From the NCBI GenBank assembly GCA_038065695.1, contig JBBTQN010000020.1, positions 1 to 56,731 of the forward strand: a DNA stretch of 56,731 nt, read 5' to 3'. Shown here piece by piece: positions 42,601-53,852 of this stretch (its first letter is position 1; each line of letters starts with the position of its first letter). This DNA comes from Patescibacteria group bacterium (GTDB taxonomy: Bacteria > Patescibacteriota > Patescibacteriia > 2-01-FULL-39-33). Below the pieces are notes generated by a model. It saw nothing but the letters and a program-made list of their open reading frames with translations. It was not told where the DNA came from and made no database searches. The position numbers were made by a program, and so were the translations under genes.

Positions 42601-43176
42601 ATGATGACAGTATCAAGGCAGCTTAAAGAATTTTGGAATTCGTTCGCGGTGTTAATCAATTTGGGCGTGCCAGTATCGTCTATTTTGATAATTTTGACCG
42701 AAGGCATAGGCGGCGGTCCGGTCGGGAGGGCCGTTAAGTCTATAATAGAAGGGTTAAATACCGGCTCAACTTTATCTGCGGAGATGGCGAAAACGCGCAT
42801 GTTTTCCAAAGTGGAACTCAATATGGTTCGGGGCGGAGAAATTGGTGGCATGCTGGATGTAGTGATTAGTAGAATTGCTTCAGGAAAGATGACGACCATG
42901 GCCTCGCAGTATGAGAGATTTTGGACCGATTTGCATCAGCTTCTTTCATGCGGCGTGCCCATCTTGTCGGCGATAGAGATATCCTCGGCGCATTGTGAAG
43001 ACCTCCTTAAAGAGGCCATTAAGAAGATTCGCAACAGCGTCAAAGAGGGCGAGGTTTTCTCGAAGTCGATGAAGGAATCGGGCATGTTTTCCGAGTTGGA
43101 AATAACATTAATTGATGTTGGCGAAGAAACTGGCACTCTTGATAGTGCGATTCAACAAATCGTAAATCTTTGCTAA
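42601..43176 (+). CDS. PilC/GspF-like protein with two cytoplasmic repeats and no transmembrane segments
   Basis: Two repeats of the platform-protein N-domain pattern (..GVPVSSIL..GSTLSAEMAK..VRGGEIGGMLDVV.. and ..GVPILSAIE..GEVFSKSMKE..IDVGEETGTLDSA..). 191 aa with no hydrophobic helices. Confidence 0.6.
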   Translation: MMTVSRQLKEFWNSFAVLINLGVPVSSILIILTEGIGGGPVGRAVKSIIEGLNTGSTLSAEMAKTRMFSKVELNMVRGGEIGGMLDVVISRIASGKMTTMASQYERFWTDLHQLLSCGVPILSAIEISSAHCEDLLKEAIKKIRNSVKEGEVFSKSMKESGMFSELEITLIDVGEETGTLDSAIQQIVNLC

Positions 43177-43263
43177 GTTATTTTGTTGCTAAGTTATTTT
43201 GTCACACTCATTTCCAAAATTGGAAGTGAGTTTTTTTATTTAGGCGTCTAACAATAGACAAGG

Positions 43264-43389
43264 GAGACGTCCCAGCGGGCCGTCTCTACAACGGCACCAC
43301 GAAAACGGTTGTAGCAAATGTAGAGACGGGGCGTTGCCATGCGTCTCAAAACAAAAGGCAAAATACAGAGACGCATTCAATGCGTCTCT
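43264..43389. repeat. Cluster of three GAGACG..CGTCTC hairpins
   Basis: gagacgtcccagcgggccgtctc, gagacggggcgttgccatgcgtctc, agagacgcattcaatgcgtctct. Confidence 0.7.
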
Positions 43390-43410
43390 ACAATTTTTAT
43401 TAAAAAAAGA

Positions 43411-43440
43411 GGCGGTTCCGTAAAAACGGAATCGCCTTTT
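43411..43440 (-). terminator. Intrinsic terminator of the B12-radical SAM gene
   Basis: Read on the minus strand: ggcgattccg ttttta cggaaccgcc, then tcttttttt. Confidence 0.8.
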
Positions 43441-43455
43441 GGGTTTGAGGGATCA

Positions 43456-45156
43456 TTAAGATCCTAAATTGTTGTTTTGTTTTTTCAGTTCAGCTTCCGC
43501 GGCGCGAAGCCGGGCTGGAAAATCGCCCTCGGCGTATTTCTTGAGCCAATTTCTGACAATAAGCGAACCGCCAAAGCGAATGGCTGAAGTTTGGAAGAAT
43601 TTTCTTCGCCAAACTCGGAAAGAAGTGGTGATATACCGAACTTTCAGGGTGGGCAAGGTCAGGACAGAGGGAGGGACAATAACCATAAAGCGCAGGAAAC
43701 TGTCGATTATTTTGACCAGATGAACGGGATTGTAGAAGCCGGCCATAATCCGAATCACCGCTCTTTGGTATTCTTCCGGCAAGGCGCCATCATCAGGAGG
43801 GATTATCGGATATTGCCCGTCATAGAATTTCCAGCCGATTTGGCTAAGAGGATAAATCCGTCCTTCAGCCATCAAGCGGTCTCGAAGTTCAGTGCCGGGA
43901 AGCGGAATGGTGAACAGCACTTGGACGGTTCTGATTTTGGCGTCTTTAATGAATCGCCGATAGATCCGCACCACATCATCAACGGCCAGCTTCGTTTTTG
44001 GTTCATCTTTTTTTCTGGGGTAGAAGATGATGAACATGCCATGGATATTAAAACCGAGACGGTGGAAGACCAATGTCCGGTCAATCATGTCTTTGGCGAG
44101 AAGTCCTTTTCTCATCGCCTTCAAGTCTTCGTCAATAGGCGATTCATAGCCGATGCAGACATTATCCACGCCGGCTTTTCTCATGGCTTTGAGGAGATCC
44201 AAATGGTCAGACCCAGAGAGGCGGATTTGGACCGTGAAAGACAGACGGATGCCTGTTTCTTTCTCATAACCCGCGATCAGCTCAAAGGCCTTAATAGTTT
44301 CCTGGATATCGTCGGTGAGTTGGTGATTGCCGCCGACCTGGTCATCCACGAGGAAAAATTTTGTCGCGCCGAAATTTTCCACCAAGTAGACGATATTTTC
44401 AAATAATCTTTCCGCCGGCGAGCACCTGGGCTTGCCTTTGACGGCGCAGAATTCGCAGTTGAACGGACAACCGCGCCACCAACTGACCGGAAAAATTTTG
44501 ACCTTGGCATACATAAGCAGGCCAAAGTCGGGGAACGGGTAAGCGCTGAAATCGGTGATCGGGGGCCTCTTCTCGGTCTTGACCATTTGACCGTCCTTGT
44601 CGAGATAGGCAACGCCCTTAACGTGATTGATCGTTCCGGCATTTTGCCAAGCCGATAAAAGCTCCTTGATTATTTCTTCACCATCGCCGCTGTTGGCTAC
44701 TTCAACGCCGTCTATTTTCTCATGGTAAGCATAAGCAACCACATCAATATTGTTTGAGAGCGCTTCTTCGGGCAAATTGCTGACATGGCTGCCGCCGGCG
44801 ATAGTTTTGACGCCAAGCGATTTGTAAAGAGCGGCCACCTCGAAAAGACGAGGAATAGTGGAGCTTAAAGAACCATAAAAACCGACGACATCAGCCGGCC
44901 TCATTTCTTGAAGCTTTAAGTGGTCCGGCCGGCCAAATTTGTCTTTCGGACAAAAATGACCAAATCTGCTTTTGCGGCGCGACCGATGGGAACAATTGTT
45001 TTCATCAACTATTTCCACCTCCCAGCCGAGTAATCTACTGACAATGGTGGCAATAACAATCGCGCCAAGAGTGGTTGTTCTTCTGGCAACGTGACTGTAA
45101 ATATTGCCGGAATCCGGATAGGCCGGAATAATCATTCTAAACCTGAATCTTTTCAT
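43456..45156 (-). CDS. B12-binding-domain radical SAM protein
   Basis: Start moved to MKRFRFRMIIP behind AAGGAG. It has an N-terminal Rossmann-like B12-type domain and the motif CX3CX2C in RGCPFNCEFC. Confidence 0.8.
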   Translation of the reverse strand: MKRFRFRMIIPAYPDSGNIYSHVARRTTTLGAIVIATIVSRLLGWEVEIVDENNCSHRSRRKSRFGHFCPKDKFGRPDHLKLQEMRPADVVGFYGSLSSTIPRLFEVAALYKSLGVKTIAGGSHVSNLPEEALSNNIDVVAYAYHEKIDGVEVANSGDGEEIIKELLSAWQNAGTINHVKGVAYLDKDGQMVKTEKRPPITDFSAYPFPDFGLLMYAKVKIFPVSWWRGCPFNCEFCAVKGKPRCSPAERLFENIVYLVENFGATKFFLVDDQVGGNHQLTDDIQETIKAFELIAGYEKETGIRLSFTVQIRLSGSDHLDLLKAMRKAGVDNVCIGYESPIDEDLKAMRKGLLAKDMIDRTLVFHRLGFNIHGMFIIFYPRKKDEPKTKLAVDDVVRIYRRFIKDAKIRTVQVLFTIPLPGTELRDRLMAEGRIYPLSQIGWKFYDGQYPIIPPDDGALPEEYQRAVIRIMAGFYNPVHLVKIIDSFLRFMVIVPPSVLTLPTLKVRYITTSFRVWRRKFFQTSAIRFGGSLIVRNWLKKYAEGDFPARLRAAEAELKKQNNNLGS

Positions 45157-45772
45157 GAAAGTTCTCCTTCTTTTGGTTTTTTGCTTGCCTCGCCATAGCC
45201 CTTGGGCGAAGGCGGGTCGGTTTTGTAAGGGAATGGTAGCATATTTCACAAAAGCATAAAAGCATAAAAACACTCTCTTGTTTTAATGTTTTTTGTATTT
45301 TAATAAAATGAGAGTCGCATTTGGGTATATTAAATCAACTTAGATTAACAAAACAACTCACAAAATTAATTCTGTGTTTTTGTGACGGTGTGGATAACCT
45401 ATGGATAATAAATAATTAAAAACAAGAAATAGTCGTAAATAGAGGAATAATTTTTTAAAAAAATATCTAAATTTAGCCAAAATATAATTAAATTTGACAA
45501 CCAAAATATTTTTTTCCGCCAGCTGGCGGATTACGGTTGACTTTTCAACAGGGTTTGTGTTAATATTGGATTATCTGGTTTTTAGCGGTATTTTTCAAAA
45601 AAAATTACCAAAATCCCGCTATAGAAATCATTGGGTTAATAACCTCAATTGATAGTGGGTAAACGAAAAAATCAAAACTCAAATTAGAATAAACTCATTT
45701 CTTTTTCTCGGCTTTGCCGCCTGACCTAAGGCCCAACTAAGCGGGGAAATCAGAAAGAATGAGGGTTTTTTT

Positions 45773-48700
45773 ATGTCCGCTCAAACAAAAAAAACAATTC
45801 ACGAGAGAAAAAGCTTTTCCGCTAGAAAGAGCATCGTGCCGGTGCCTGATTTGATTGAACTGCAAAAAAAGTCCTACCAGTGGTTTTGGGATGAAGGCCT
45901 GGCCGAGCTTTTTGAGGAAATTTCCCCCATCACCGATTTTATCGGCCGCGATTTGGAAATCTATTTTGGCGATTATGTTTTGGACGAGCCGAAATTCGAC
46001 GAGGTCACGAGCAAAGAGAAAAATATCTCCTTTGAATCGCCCCTGCGCGTCAATGTGAAACTCGTCAACAAGAAGACGGGACAGAATATCGAGCAGGAAG
46101 TGTATTTGGGTGATTTTCCGATTATGACCGACCGCGGCACTTTTGTCGTCAATGGCATTGAGAGAGTCGTCGTTTCCCAGCTGATTCGTTCCGCGGGAGT
46201 TTTTTTTACTTCGCAAGTTGGCGTCGGCCGCAACCTCTACGGCGCGAAAGTGATTCCCAATCGCGGTTCGTGGCTGGAATTTGAGACCGACGGCGCCGGC
46301 GTGATCTGGGTGAAAATCGACCGGAAAAGAAAAGTGGCGGCGACTTCGCTCCTGCGCGCTTTCGGTTTCGCGACCGACCAAGAGATTTTGGATTTGTTCA
46401 AAGACACGGATAACAATGTGAGCACGCGCTACATCGAAGCGACGATTAAAAAAGATATTACCAAAAGCGAGCCCGAAGGCCTGATTGAAGTGTACAAGCG
46501 CATCCGGCCGGGGGATTTGGCGACGCCGGACAACGCGAAGCAATTGATTGATAATATGTTTTTTAATTTTTCCCGTTATGATTTCGGCCGCGTCGGCCGG
46601 TACAAGCTTAATCAACGTTTCAGCCAAGAGATGCTGATCAACAAAAAAAATAGAGTCTTACTCAAAGACGACATCGTCAATATTTTAAAAGAAATCATCC
46701 GGCTCAACAACAGCCAAGAGGCAGCCGATGACATCGACCATTTGGGCAATCGGCGAATCAGGGCGGTCGGGGAACTGGTCCAGAACAAATTCCGTATCGG
46801 TTTGGCGAGAATGGAAAGAATCATCAAAGACCGGATGAGCACTTTGGATATTACCACTTTAACGCCCAACAAGCTCATCAACGCCCGGCCGGTGATTTCC
46901 ACGGTCAAGGAATTTTTTATGTCTTCCCAGCTTTCGCAGTTTATGGACCAAGTGAATCCGTTGGCGGAATTGGAGCACAAAAGGAGATTGTCGGCGATGG
47001 GTCCGGGCGGTTTGTCGCGCGAGCGCGCCGGCTTTGAAGTGCGCGACGTGCACCAGACCCACTACGGCCGCATCTGCCCGATTGCGACTCCCGAAGGCCC
47101 GAATGTCGGGCTCGTCGGCCACTTGGCTTCTTACGCGAGAGTCAACGAATACGGCTTTATTGAAACGCCCTATTATAAAATCGTCAAAGGCGAAAACGGG
47201 CGCGCCAAGGTGACGGCTGAAATCGTTTATCTGGACGCGTTTGAAGAAAGCAAAGTAACGACCACGCCTTTTACCGTCAAGCTGGACGAAGACGGTTATT
47301 TTTTGGAAGAAAAAGTGGAAGCGAGAGTAAAATTAAATCCGACCGTTATTGAAGTGAAAAAAGTCGATTATATGGATGTGGCGTCCAACCAAATTGTTTC
47401 GGTCGCCACCTCGCTCGTGCCTTTTTTGGAGCATGACGACGGCGTCCGGGCGCTCATGGGCACGAATATGCAGCGGCAAGCGGTTTCCTGCATCCGGCCG
47501 GAAGCGCCCTTGGTGGGCACCGGCATGGAAGCGAAAGCGGCTTATGACAGCGGACACTTGATAATCGCCAAAGAAGACGGCGAAGTCGTTTCCGTCGGCG
47601 ACGGCAAAATTGAAGTCTTGAATAAATTGAACCGTTTGGATGTCTATCGGATGAATAAATTCATCCGTTCCAACGCTTCCACCTGCATCAATCAAACTCC
47701 AATCGTAAAAAAGGGCCAGAAAGTGAAGAAGGGCGATATTTTGGCGGACGGCCCGGCGACTGACCATGGCGAACTGGCTTTGGGCAAGAATATTTTGGTC
47801 GCTTTCATGCCTTGGCAGGGCTCAAATTATGAAGACGCCATTATTCTCTCCGAGCGTTTAATCCATCAAGACCGGTATTCTTCCATTCATATTGAAAATT
47901 ATGTCTGCGAAGTGCGCGAAACCAAGCTTGGTCCGGAAGTGGTCACCTCCGACATTCCCAATGTGAGTGAAGAGAAATTAAAAGATTTAGACGAGGAAGG
48001 AATAATCAGAATCGGCGCCAATGTGAAATCCGGCGATATCTTGGTCGGCAAAATCACCCCCAAAGGAGAAACCGAGCTCTCGGCGGAAGAAAAATTGTTG
48101 CGGGCGATTTTCGGCGAAAAAGCGAGAGACGTGAGGGACTCGTCTTTGTATTTGGAGCACGGCTCTTCGGGCAAAGTGATTGACATCAAGATTTTTTCTC
48201 GCGAGAACGGCGACAAATTGCCGGCGGGAATGATCAAAATGGTTCAGGTGACCGTGGCCTCGCTAAGAAAAGTCCAGGTCGGCGACAAGATGGCCGGGCG
48301 GCACGGCAACAAAGGCGTGATTTCGCGCGTGGTGCCGATGGAGGACTTGCCGCACTTGGCCGACGGCACGCCCATGGACATTGTTTTGTCTCCTTTGGGC
48401 GTCGTCTCCCGCATGAATTTGGGGCAGATTCTGGAAACTCATTTGGGTTTAGCGGCCAAAGCGCTGGGATATAAAGTGATGACGCCGGTTTTTAACGGCG
48501 TGTCGGAAGATCAGATTCGGGAAGAACTTAAAAAAGCGGGTTACAGCGAAGACGGCCGGATTCAGCTTTATGACGGTCGCACCGGCAATCCTTTTGCCAA
48601 CCAGACGACCGTGGGCTATATCTATATGTTGAAGCTCAATCATTTGGTTGAAGATAAGATCCATCAGCGCTCCATCGGCCCGTATTCTTTGATTACCCAA

Positions 48701-49006
48701 CAGCCCTTGGGCGGCAAAGCGCAATTCGGCGGCCAAAGATTCGGTGAAATGGAAGTCTGGGCGCTCGAGGCTTACGGGGCGGCTCACACCTTGCAGGAAA
48801 TTTTAACCATAAAATCGGACGACATTATCGGCCGTTCTAAGACCTATGAAGCCATTATTAAAGGCGAGCCGATCAATAATTTAAATATTCCGGAAAGTTT
48901 CAATGTCTTGGTGCGAGAGCTCAAAGGATTAGGGCTTAACGTGGAGCTTTTAAACAACGGCAAGGTGATTGCCGAAAAAGTGGATCGGGAAGAGAATAGG
49001 AGATAA
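45773..49006 (+). CDS. rpoB: DNA-directed RNA polymerase subunit beta
   Basis: Conserved blocks include [33 protein letters not shown] and [14 protein letters not shown]. Confidence 0.97.
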   Translation: MSAQTKKTIHERKSFSARKSIVPVPDLIELQKKSYQWFWDEGLAELFEEISPITDFIGRDLEIYFGDYVLDEPKFDEVTSKEKNISFESPLRVNVKLVNKKTGQNIEQEVYLGDFPIMTDRGTFVVNGIERVVVSQLIRSAGVFFTSQVGVGRNLYGAKVIPNRGSWLEFETDGAGVIWVKIDRKRKVAATSLLRAFGFATDQEILDLFKDTDNNVSTRYIEATIKKDITKSEPEGLIEVYKRIRPGDLATPDNAKQLIDNMFFNFSRYDFGRVGRYKLNQRFSQEMLINKKNRVLLKDDIVNILKEIIRLNNSQEAADDIDHLGNRRIRAVGELVQNKFRIGLARMERIIKDRMSTLDITTLTPNKLINARPVISTVKEFFMSSQLSQFMDQVNPLAELEHKRRLSAMGPGGLSRERAGFEVRDVHQTHYGRICPIATPEGPNVGLVGHLASYARVNEYGFIETPYYKIVKGENGRAKVTAEIVYLDAFEESKVTTTPFTVKLDEDGYFLEEKVEARVKLNPTVIEVKKVDYMDVASNQIVSVATSLVPFLEHDDGVRALMGTNMQRQAVSCIRPEAPLVGTGMEAKAAYDSGHLIIAKEDGEVVSVGDGKIEVLNKLNRLDVYRMNKFIRSNASTCINQTPIVKKGQKVKKGDILADGPATDHGELALGKNILVAFMPWQGSNYEDAIILSERLIHQDRYSSIHIENYVCEVRETKLGPEVVTSDIPNVSEEKLKDLDEEGIIRIGANVKSGDILVGKITPKGETELSAEEKLLRAIFGEKARDVRDSSLYLEHGSSGKVIDIKIFSRENGDKLPAGMIKMVQVTVASLRKVQVGDKMAGRHGNKGVISRVVPMEDLPHLADGTPMDIVLSPLGVVSRMNLGQILETHLGLAAKALGYKVMTPVFNGVSEDQIREELKKAGYSEDGRIQLYDGRTGNPFANQTTVGYIYMLKLNHLVEDKIHQRSIGPYSLITQQPLGGKAQFGGQRFGEMEVWALEAYGAAHTLQEILTIKSDDIIGRSKTYEAIIKGEPINNLNIPESFNVLVRELKGLGLNVELLNNGKVIAEKVDREENRR

Positions 49007-49066
49007 TTTTTTAAAAAGATAACAATAACTTTAGACTTTCGACTTTAGACTTTTGACTTAATTATT

Positions 49067-52000
49067 ATGTTTGACGATCGCGAACAAAATCTGAATTTCA
49101 ACGCTATTCGTTTGCGGCTGGCTTCGCCGGAAAATATTTTGTCGTGGTCGCACGGCGAAGTGTTGAAGCCGGAAACGATAAACTATCGGACGCAGAAGCC
49201 GGAAAAGGACGGTTTGTTTTGCGAGCGGATTTTCGGTCCGGTCAAGGACTGGGAATGCTATTGCGGCAAATACAAAAAAATCCGCTATAAAGGAATAGTC
49301 TGTGACAAGTGTGGCGTGGAAGTGACCAAGTCATCAGTGCGCCGCGAGCGGATGGGGCACATTAAATTGGCGGCGCCGGTTTCCCATATTTGGTTTTTGC
49401 GCGGCGTGCCGAGTCGCATCGGCTTGGCGCTTGATTTGTCGGTCCAATCCTTGGAAAAAGTGATTTATTTCGCCAGCTTTATCATCATCAGCGTCAATGA
49501 AGAATTGAAAAATGAAACCTTAGGCCAATTAAGAAGCGAATACAAGCAGTACAAAAAACAGATTGAAAACGATTTTGACCGCAAAATCAACCAAATTAAA
49601 GAAGCCAAAGGCGAAGGAGTAAGCGAGGAAGTGATAAAATTAGTCCATCAAAAAGAAGAAAAACTCAAAGAATTGGAAAACACGATGATTTCCGCGGAAG
49701 CCGAGCTGAAAGAAATCAAGCCGCTTAAAATTATTTCCGAACACATTTTTCATGATTTATCTTTGAAATACGGCCACATCTTTGATGCCGGCAACGGCGC
49801 GGAAGCCGTCCGCGACCTTTTAGCCAAAATCGATTTAGACAAGACGATTAAAGAGCTCCAATCTCAAATGGCGGAAGCGACTGGCGCGAGGCGCGACAAA
49901 TTGATTCGCCGGATTAAATTTTTCAATCATCTGATTAAGAACCAGCTGCGGCCGGAATGGATGATTTTAGTAGTGGTGCCGGTCATCCCGCCTGATCTGC
50001 GGCCGATGGTGCCCTTGGACGGCGGCCGTTTCGCCACTTCCGACTTGAATGATTTGTATCGCCGCGTGATCAACCGCAATAATCGGCTCAAACAGCTATT
50101 GGAGCTCAACGCGCCGGAAGTCATCACGCGAAACGAAAAAAGGATGCTTCAAGAAGCGGTTGATTCTTTAATTGACAACAATGCCCGCCACGGCAAGACC
50201 GTGGTCGCTTCCACCGGCCAGAAACGGATGCTCAAATCCATCGCCGATATGCTCAAAGGCAAGCAGGGGCGTTTCCGTCAGAATTTGCTCGGCAAGCGCA
50301 TTGATTACAGCGGCCGGAGCGTCATTGTCGTCGGTCCGGATTTGAAGCTTGACCAATGCGGCATTCCGAAAATCATGGCCTTGGAACTTTTCAAGCCGTT
50401 CATTATTTCAAAATTGATTCAGCGCGGGATTGTCCACAATGTGAGAAGCGCGAACAGATACATTGAGGCGGGACACGACGAAATTTGGGACCTCTTGGAA
50501 GAGGTGGTTAAAGGCGCTTATGTCCTCTTGAACCGCGCGCCGACTCTCCACCGGTTGGGCATTCAGGCCTTCAAACCGATTTTAATTGAAGGCAAAGCGA
50601 TCAAGATCCATCCTTTGGTCTGTTCGGCTTTCAACGCCGACTTTGACGGCGACCAAATGGCGGTCCATGTGCCCTTGACCGCCGGCGCGATTAAAGAAGC
50701 GAAAGAAATCATGCTCTCCGTCCACAACCTGCTCAAGCCGGCGCACGGCCAGCCGATCGTCACTCCGAACCAGGACATCGTCTGGGGCTGTTATTATTTG
50801 ACCGATTTGAAAGAGGCGAAAAAAATCAAGGCTTTTGTTTCCGTGAGTGAAGCCCAAATCGCTTGGGACAAAGGCATCATCGGTTTGCAGGACAAAATCA
50901 AAATTAAATTCAGCAAGCATCCGGAAAAGAAAAGGCGGAAATCAGCCAAAGCGGCGCCCAAAGCCGAAATTTTGGAAACTAGCTTGGGTCGGATTTTTTT
51001 CAATCAGGTTTTGCCCGAGGATTATGAATTCGTGAATGAACGAGTTAATAAAAAATTATTAGGCAAAATTTTAGGTGATATTTTTTATCGTTTCGGGCCG
51101 GAAGAGACCGTCCGAGTCCTTGATAATTTAAAAAATTTAGGTTTCAAATATCTCACTTATTCGGCCCAGTCTTTGGGCATGGGTGATTTGGTTCAAGTAA
51201 AGGGACGCGAGGAATTAATTGTGCAAGGCAATCAGGAATTGGACGCGATTGAACAGCAATATCAGATGGGGCTCTTAACCGAAGATGAACGGCACCAAAA
51301 AATTATTGACAATTGGCTTGGCGTTAACAATAAGATTTTGGAAAAAGTCAAAAAATCGCTTTCGCCGGACAATCCGATTTTCGCGATGATTGACTCGGGC
51401 GCCCGCGGTTCTTGGGGGCAATTGTCCCAGATGATCGGCATGAAAGGCCCGGTGGTCAACCCGGCTTATGAAGTTATTGAATTGCCAGTCAAAGGCAATT
51501 TCAAAAAAGGATTTGACGTTTTGGAATTTTTCATTTCCACTCACGGCGCGAGAAAGGGCTTGACCGACACGGCGCTTCGCACCTCCTCGGCCGGCTATCT
51601 CACTCGCCGTCTAGTTGATGTGGCGCAGGACGCAGTAGTCAACAGCGAAGATTGCGGCGACACTGTGGGTTTGGTACTAACCAAAGCGGAAAGTGAAGCG
51701 ATGAATGAGACTTTGGCCGACCGGATTTTAGGCCGCTATGTGATCGAGCCGATCAAGCACCCGAAAACCGGCAAGACGGTGGTCGGTAAGGGAGAATTGG
51801 TGGATGAAGAAAAAATTAAAGATATTAGGGAATTGGATTTGGACGATGTGTCCATTCGTTCTGTTTTGACTTGTAAAAACGCCCGCGGCGTTTGCCGCAA
51901 ATGCTACGGTTATGATTTGGCTTACAATAAGCCGGTCGCTTTAGGCACGGCCGTCGGCATTATTGCCGCCCAAAGCGTGGGCGAGCCGGGCACCCAGCTC

Positions 52001-52990
52001 ACGATGAGAACTTTCCATACCGGCGGCGTGGCCTCCGAGGGCGACATTACCCAAGGTTTGCCGCGGGTGGAAGAAATTTTTGAAGCGCGCGCGCCCAAGG
52101 CCAAGGCGATCATCGCCGAAGAGGGCGGCCTGGTCAGTATTAAGGAAGGCAAGCGGGAAATCAAAGACGCTAAAGGCAAAAGCATTATGGTCGCTTCCGA
52201 CCGGGATCGGGTTATCCAAGTTAGCTATCAAAATAGCGTGGAAAAAAAGATTCCTTTCGGCGCGAAAAAAGACAAAATCCAGCTGAAAGTGAAAGACGGC
52301 GCGAAAGTGGAAGTCGGCCAGACGGTTTTTGAAAACAAAGACGGTGGCGCAATCAACTCAACCGTGGAAGGCAAAGTAAAAATTAATTTGGACTCTGTTT
52401 TGATCGTTGGCGAAGAGTTGGCGATCAAGGAATATGTGGTTCCGTCAAGCAAACTTATTTTAGTGGGCGAGGGCGATTCTGTTGAAGCCGGCGACGCCTT
52501 GACCGAAGGCAGTTTGGATTTGCATCAGATTTATCGGCTTAAAGGCCAGAATTTCGTCCAAAGATATATTGTTAAAGAAATTCAGCATATTTATTCTTCC
52601 CAAGGCCAGAAGCTCAATGACAAACATGTGGAAGTGATTATCCGCCAGATGTTTTCCAAGGTTTATATTAAAGACGCCGGCGACAGCGACTATATGCCCG
52701 GCGAAGTGTTGGAATACATTGATGTTCAAAACGCCAACGCGGAATTGGTCAAGCGCGGTAAAAAAGAAATTATTTTTGACCGGCTACTGATGGGCATTAC
52801 CAAAGTTTCTTTGTCCACCAGGAGCTGGCTGGCGGCGGCGTCTTTCCAAGAGACGGCGCGGGTTTTAATTGATGTGGCGGTGACCGGCCGCGTGGATGAC
52901 CTTTCCGGCCTCAAAGAAAACATCATCATCGGCCGGCTCATTCCGGCCGGGACGGGGTTTAACCCGCAACTCCCAGCCAGTAGTCGGTAA
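49067..52990 (+). CDS. rpoC: DNA-directed RNA polymerase subunit beta'
   Basis: Zinc finger [23 protein letters not shown], catalytic NADFDGDQM, and the [13 protein letters not shown] block. Confidence 0.97.
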   Translation: MFDDREQNLNFNAIRLRLASPENILSWSHGEVLKPETINYRTQKPEKDGLFCERIFGPVKDWECYCGKYKKIRYKGIVCDKCGVEVTKSSVRRERMGHIKLAAPVSHIWFLRGVPSRIGLALDLSVQSLEKVIYFASFIIISVNEELKNETLGQLRSEYKQYKKQIENDFDRKINQIKEAKGEGVSEEVIKLVHQKEEKLKELENTMISAEAELKEIKPLKIISEHIFHDLSLKYGHIFDAGNGAEAVRDLLAKIDLDKTIKELQSQMAEATGARRDKLIRRIKFFNHLIKNQLRPEWMILVVVPVIPPDLRPMVPLDGGRFATSDLNDLYRRVINRNNRLKQLLELNAPEVITRNEKRMLQEAVDSLIDNNARHGKTVVASTGQKRMLKSIADMLKGKQGRFRQNLLGKRIDYSGRSVIVVGPDLKLDQCGIPKIMALELFKPFIISKLIQRGIVHNVRSANRYIEAGHDEIWDLLEEVVKGAYVLLNRAPTLHRLGIQAFKPILIEGKAIKIHPLVCSAFNADFDGDQMAVHVPLTAGAIKEAKEIMLSVHNLLKPAHGQPIVTPNQDIVWGCYYLTDLKEAKKIKAFVSVSEAQIAWDKGIIGLQDKIKIKFSKHPEKKRRKSAKAAPKAEILETSLGRIFFNQVLPEDYEFVNERVNKKLLGKILGDIFYRFGPEETVRVLDNLKNLGFKYLTYSAQSLGMGDLVQVKGREELIVQGNQELDAIEQQYQMGLLTEDERHQKIIDNWLGVNNKILEKVKKSLSPDNPIFAMIDSGARGSWGQLSQMIGMKGPVVNPAYEVIELPVKGNFKKGFDVLEFFISTHGARKGLTDTALRTSSAGYLTRRLVDVAQDAVVNSEDCGDTVGLVLTKAESEAMNETLADRILGRYVIEPIKHPKTGKTVVGKGELVDEEKIKDIRELDLDDVSIRSVLTCKNARGVCRKCYGYDLAYNKPVALGTAVGIIAAQSVGEPGTQLTMRTFHTGGVASEGDITQGLPRVEEIFEARAPKAKAIIAEEGGLVSIKEGKREIKDAKGKSIMVASDRDRVIQVSYQNSVEKKIPFGAKKDKIQLKVKDGAKVEVGQTVFENKDGGAINSTVEGKVKINLDSVLIVGEELAIKEYVVPSSKLILVGEGDSVEAGDALTEGSLDLHQIYRLKGQNFVQRYIVKEIQHIYSSQGQKLNDKHVEVIIRQMFSKVYIKDAGDSDYMPGEVLEYIDVQNANAELVKRGKKEIIFDRLLMGITKVSLSTRSWLAAASFQETARVLIDVAVTGRVDDLSGLKENIIIGRLIPAGTGFNPQLPASSR

Positions 52991-53022
52991 CTGGTAACTG
53001 GTAATTGGTAATTGGTAATTGG
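52986..53022 (+). repeat. Heptamer tandem array (GGTAACT/GGTAATT x5) starting on the rpoC stop codon
   Basis: ggtaact ggtaact ggtaatt ggtaatt ggtaatt gg. The reverse-complement heptamer array lies inside murE at 41767..41795. Confidence 0.8.
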
Positions 53023-53111
53023 AATATTTTTTAATTAAAATCCTCGCAGAGATGCGGGGTTTTTTTGTATTTGGATTTCTAATTTTTCGCGCTTTCTGTT
53101 AAAATAAAGTC

Positions 53112-53810
53112 ATGAAAAAGGCGATATTTTCCTCAATTTTATTATTGATTTTCCTCGTTTCCGGCGGCGGGATTTTTGCCGCGATGAATTCCACCAACTA
53201 TCAGATTTGGGCGGATACTTTTTCGGTTGGCGGCGATGATATTTCAAGCTCCACGAGTTATAATCTGCGTGACACGCTCGGCGAACAGTCAATTGACCGC
53301 GCTTCCTCCACCAATTACGGCGCTCGCATCGGTTTTCGGGAAATGATTAAAGACGGCGTTCTTTCCCTAAGCGTGGGAGCCGCCTCGGTGGCTTTGGGGA
53401 CACTAAGCCAGACCAGCGCCAAGACGGGAACGCACACTTTAACAGTAGAAAGCAATTCTGATTTGGGATTGAGCGTCACTTATTCGGGCGCCACTTTGAC
53501 TTGCTCAAGTTGCGGTGGTACTAATACAGTTACCGGCATCGGTACTACGGCGGTTGCTTCTTCAGTCGGCACCAGCCAGTTCGGTTTAAACTCGATTTAT
53601 TCCAGCGGCGATACCACGCCCTCGGCTACCGCTCAATACAGCGACGCCGCCAAGTACGCTTTTAACAGCGGTGCCCAAATTATCAGCGCTTCCTCGGCGA
53701 TGGCTTCATCAGCTGTTTTTAATATCAATTATTTGGCCAATATCAGCGGGTCGGAGACGGCCGGTTCTTACACGACCACGATTACTTACACCGCGACCGC
53801 TAACTTTTAG
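53112..53810 (+). CDS. Secreted Ser/Thr/Gly-rich beta-type surface protein
   Basis: Signal peptide, repeated S-x-NY motifs (NSTNYQIW, STSYNLRD, SSTNYGARIGF) and a C-terminal YTATANF. Confidence 0.6.
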   Translation: MKKAIFSSILLLIFLVSGGGIFAAMNSTNYQIWADTFSVGGDDISSSTSYNLRDTLGEQSIDRASSTNYGARIGFREMIKDGVLSLSVGAASVALGTLSQTSAKTGTHTLTVESNSDLGLSVTYSGATLTCSSCGGTNTVTGIGTTAVASSVGTSQFGLNSIYSSGDTTPSATAQYSDAAKYAFNSGAQIISASSAMASSAVFNINYLANISGSETAGSYTTTITYTATANF

Positions 53811-53846
53811 TTCATAAAGTTCATAAAGTTATAAAGTTCATAAAGC
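53811..53846 (+). repeat. 9-mer tandem array (TTCATAAAG-type), left flank of the four-helix-bundle gene
   Basis: ttcataaag ttcataaag ttataaag ttcataaag. Confidence 0.8.
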
Positions 53847-53852
53847 TATTTT

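Noticed and set aside
45274-45772. Origin of replication or a structured ncRNA in the rpoB upstream spacer
   Set aside because: Only two DnaA boxes are present and I recognise no conserved RNA fold. It is recorded as a low-interest finding rather than a feature.
45737-46627. 296-aa minus-strand ORF overlapping the rpoB 5' region (similar antisense ORFs occur in rpoB, rpoC, thrS and the B12-rSAM gene)
   Set aside because: The opposite strand encodes highly conserved polymerase blocks. These are typical long antisense ORFs.
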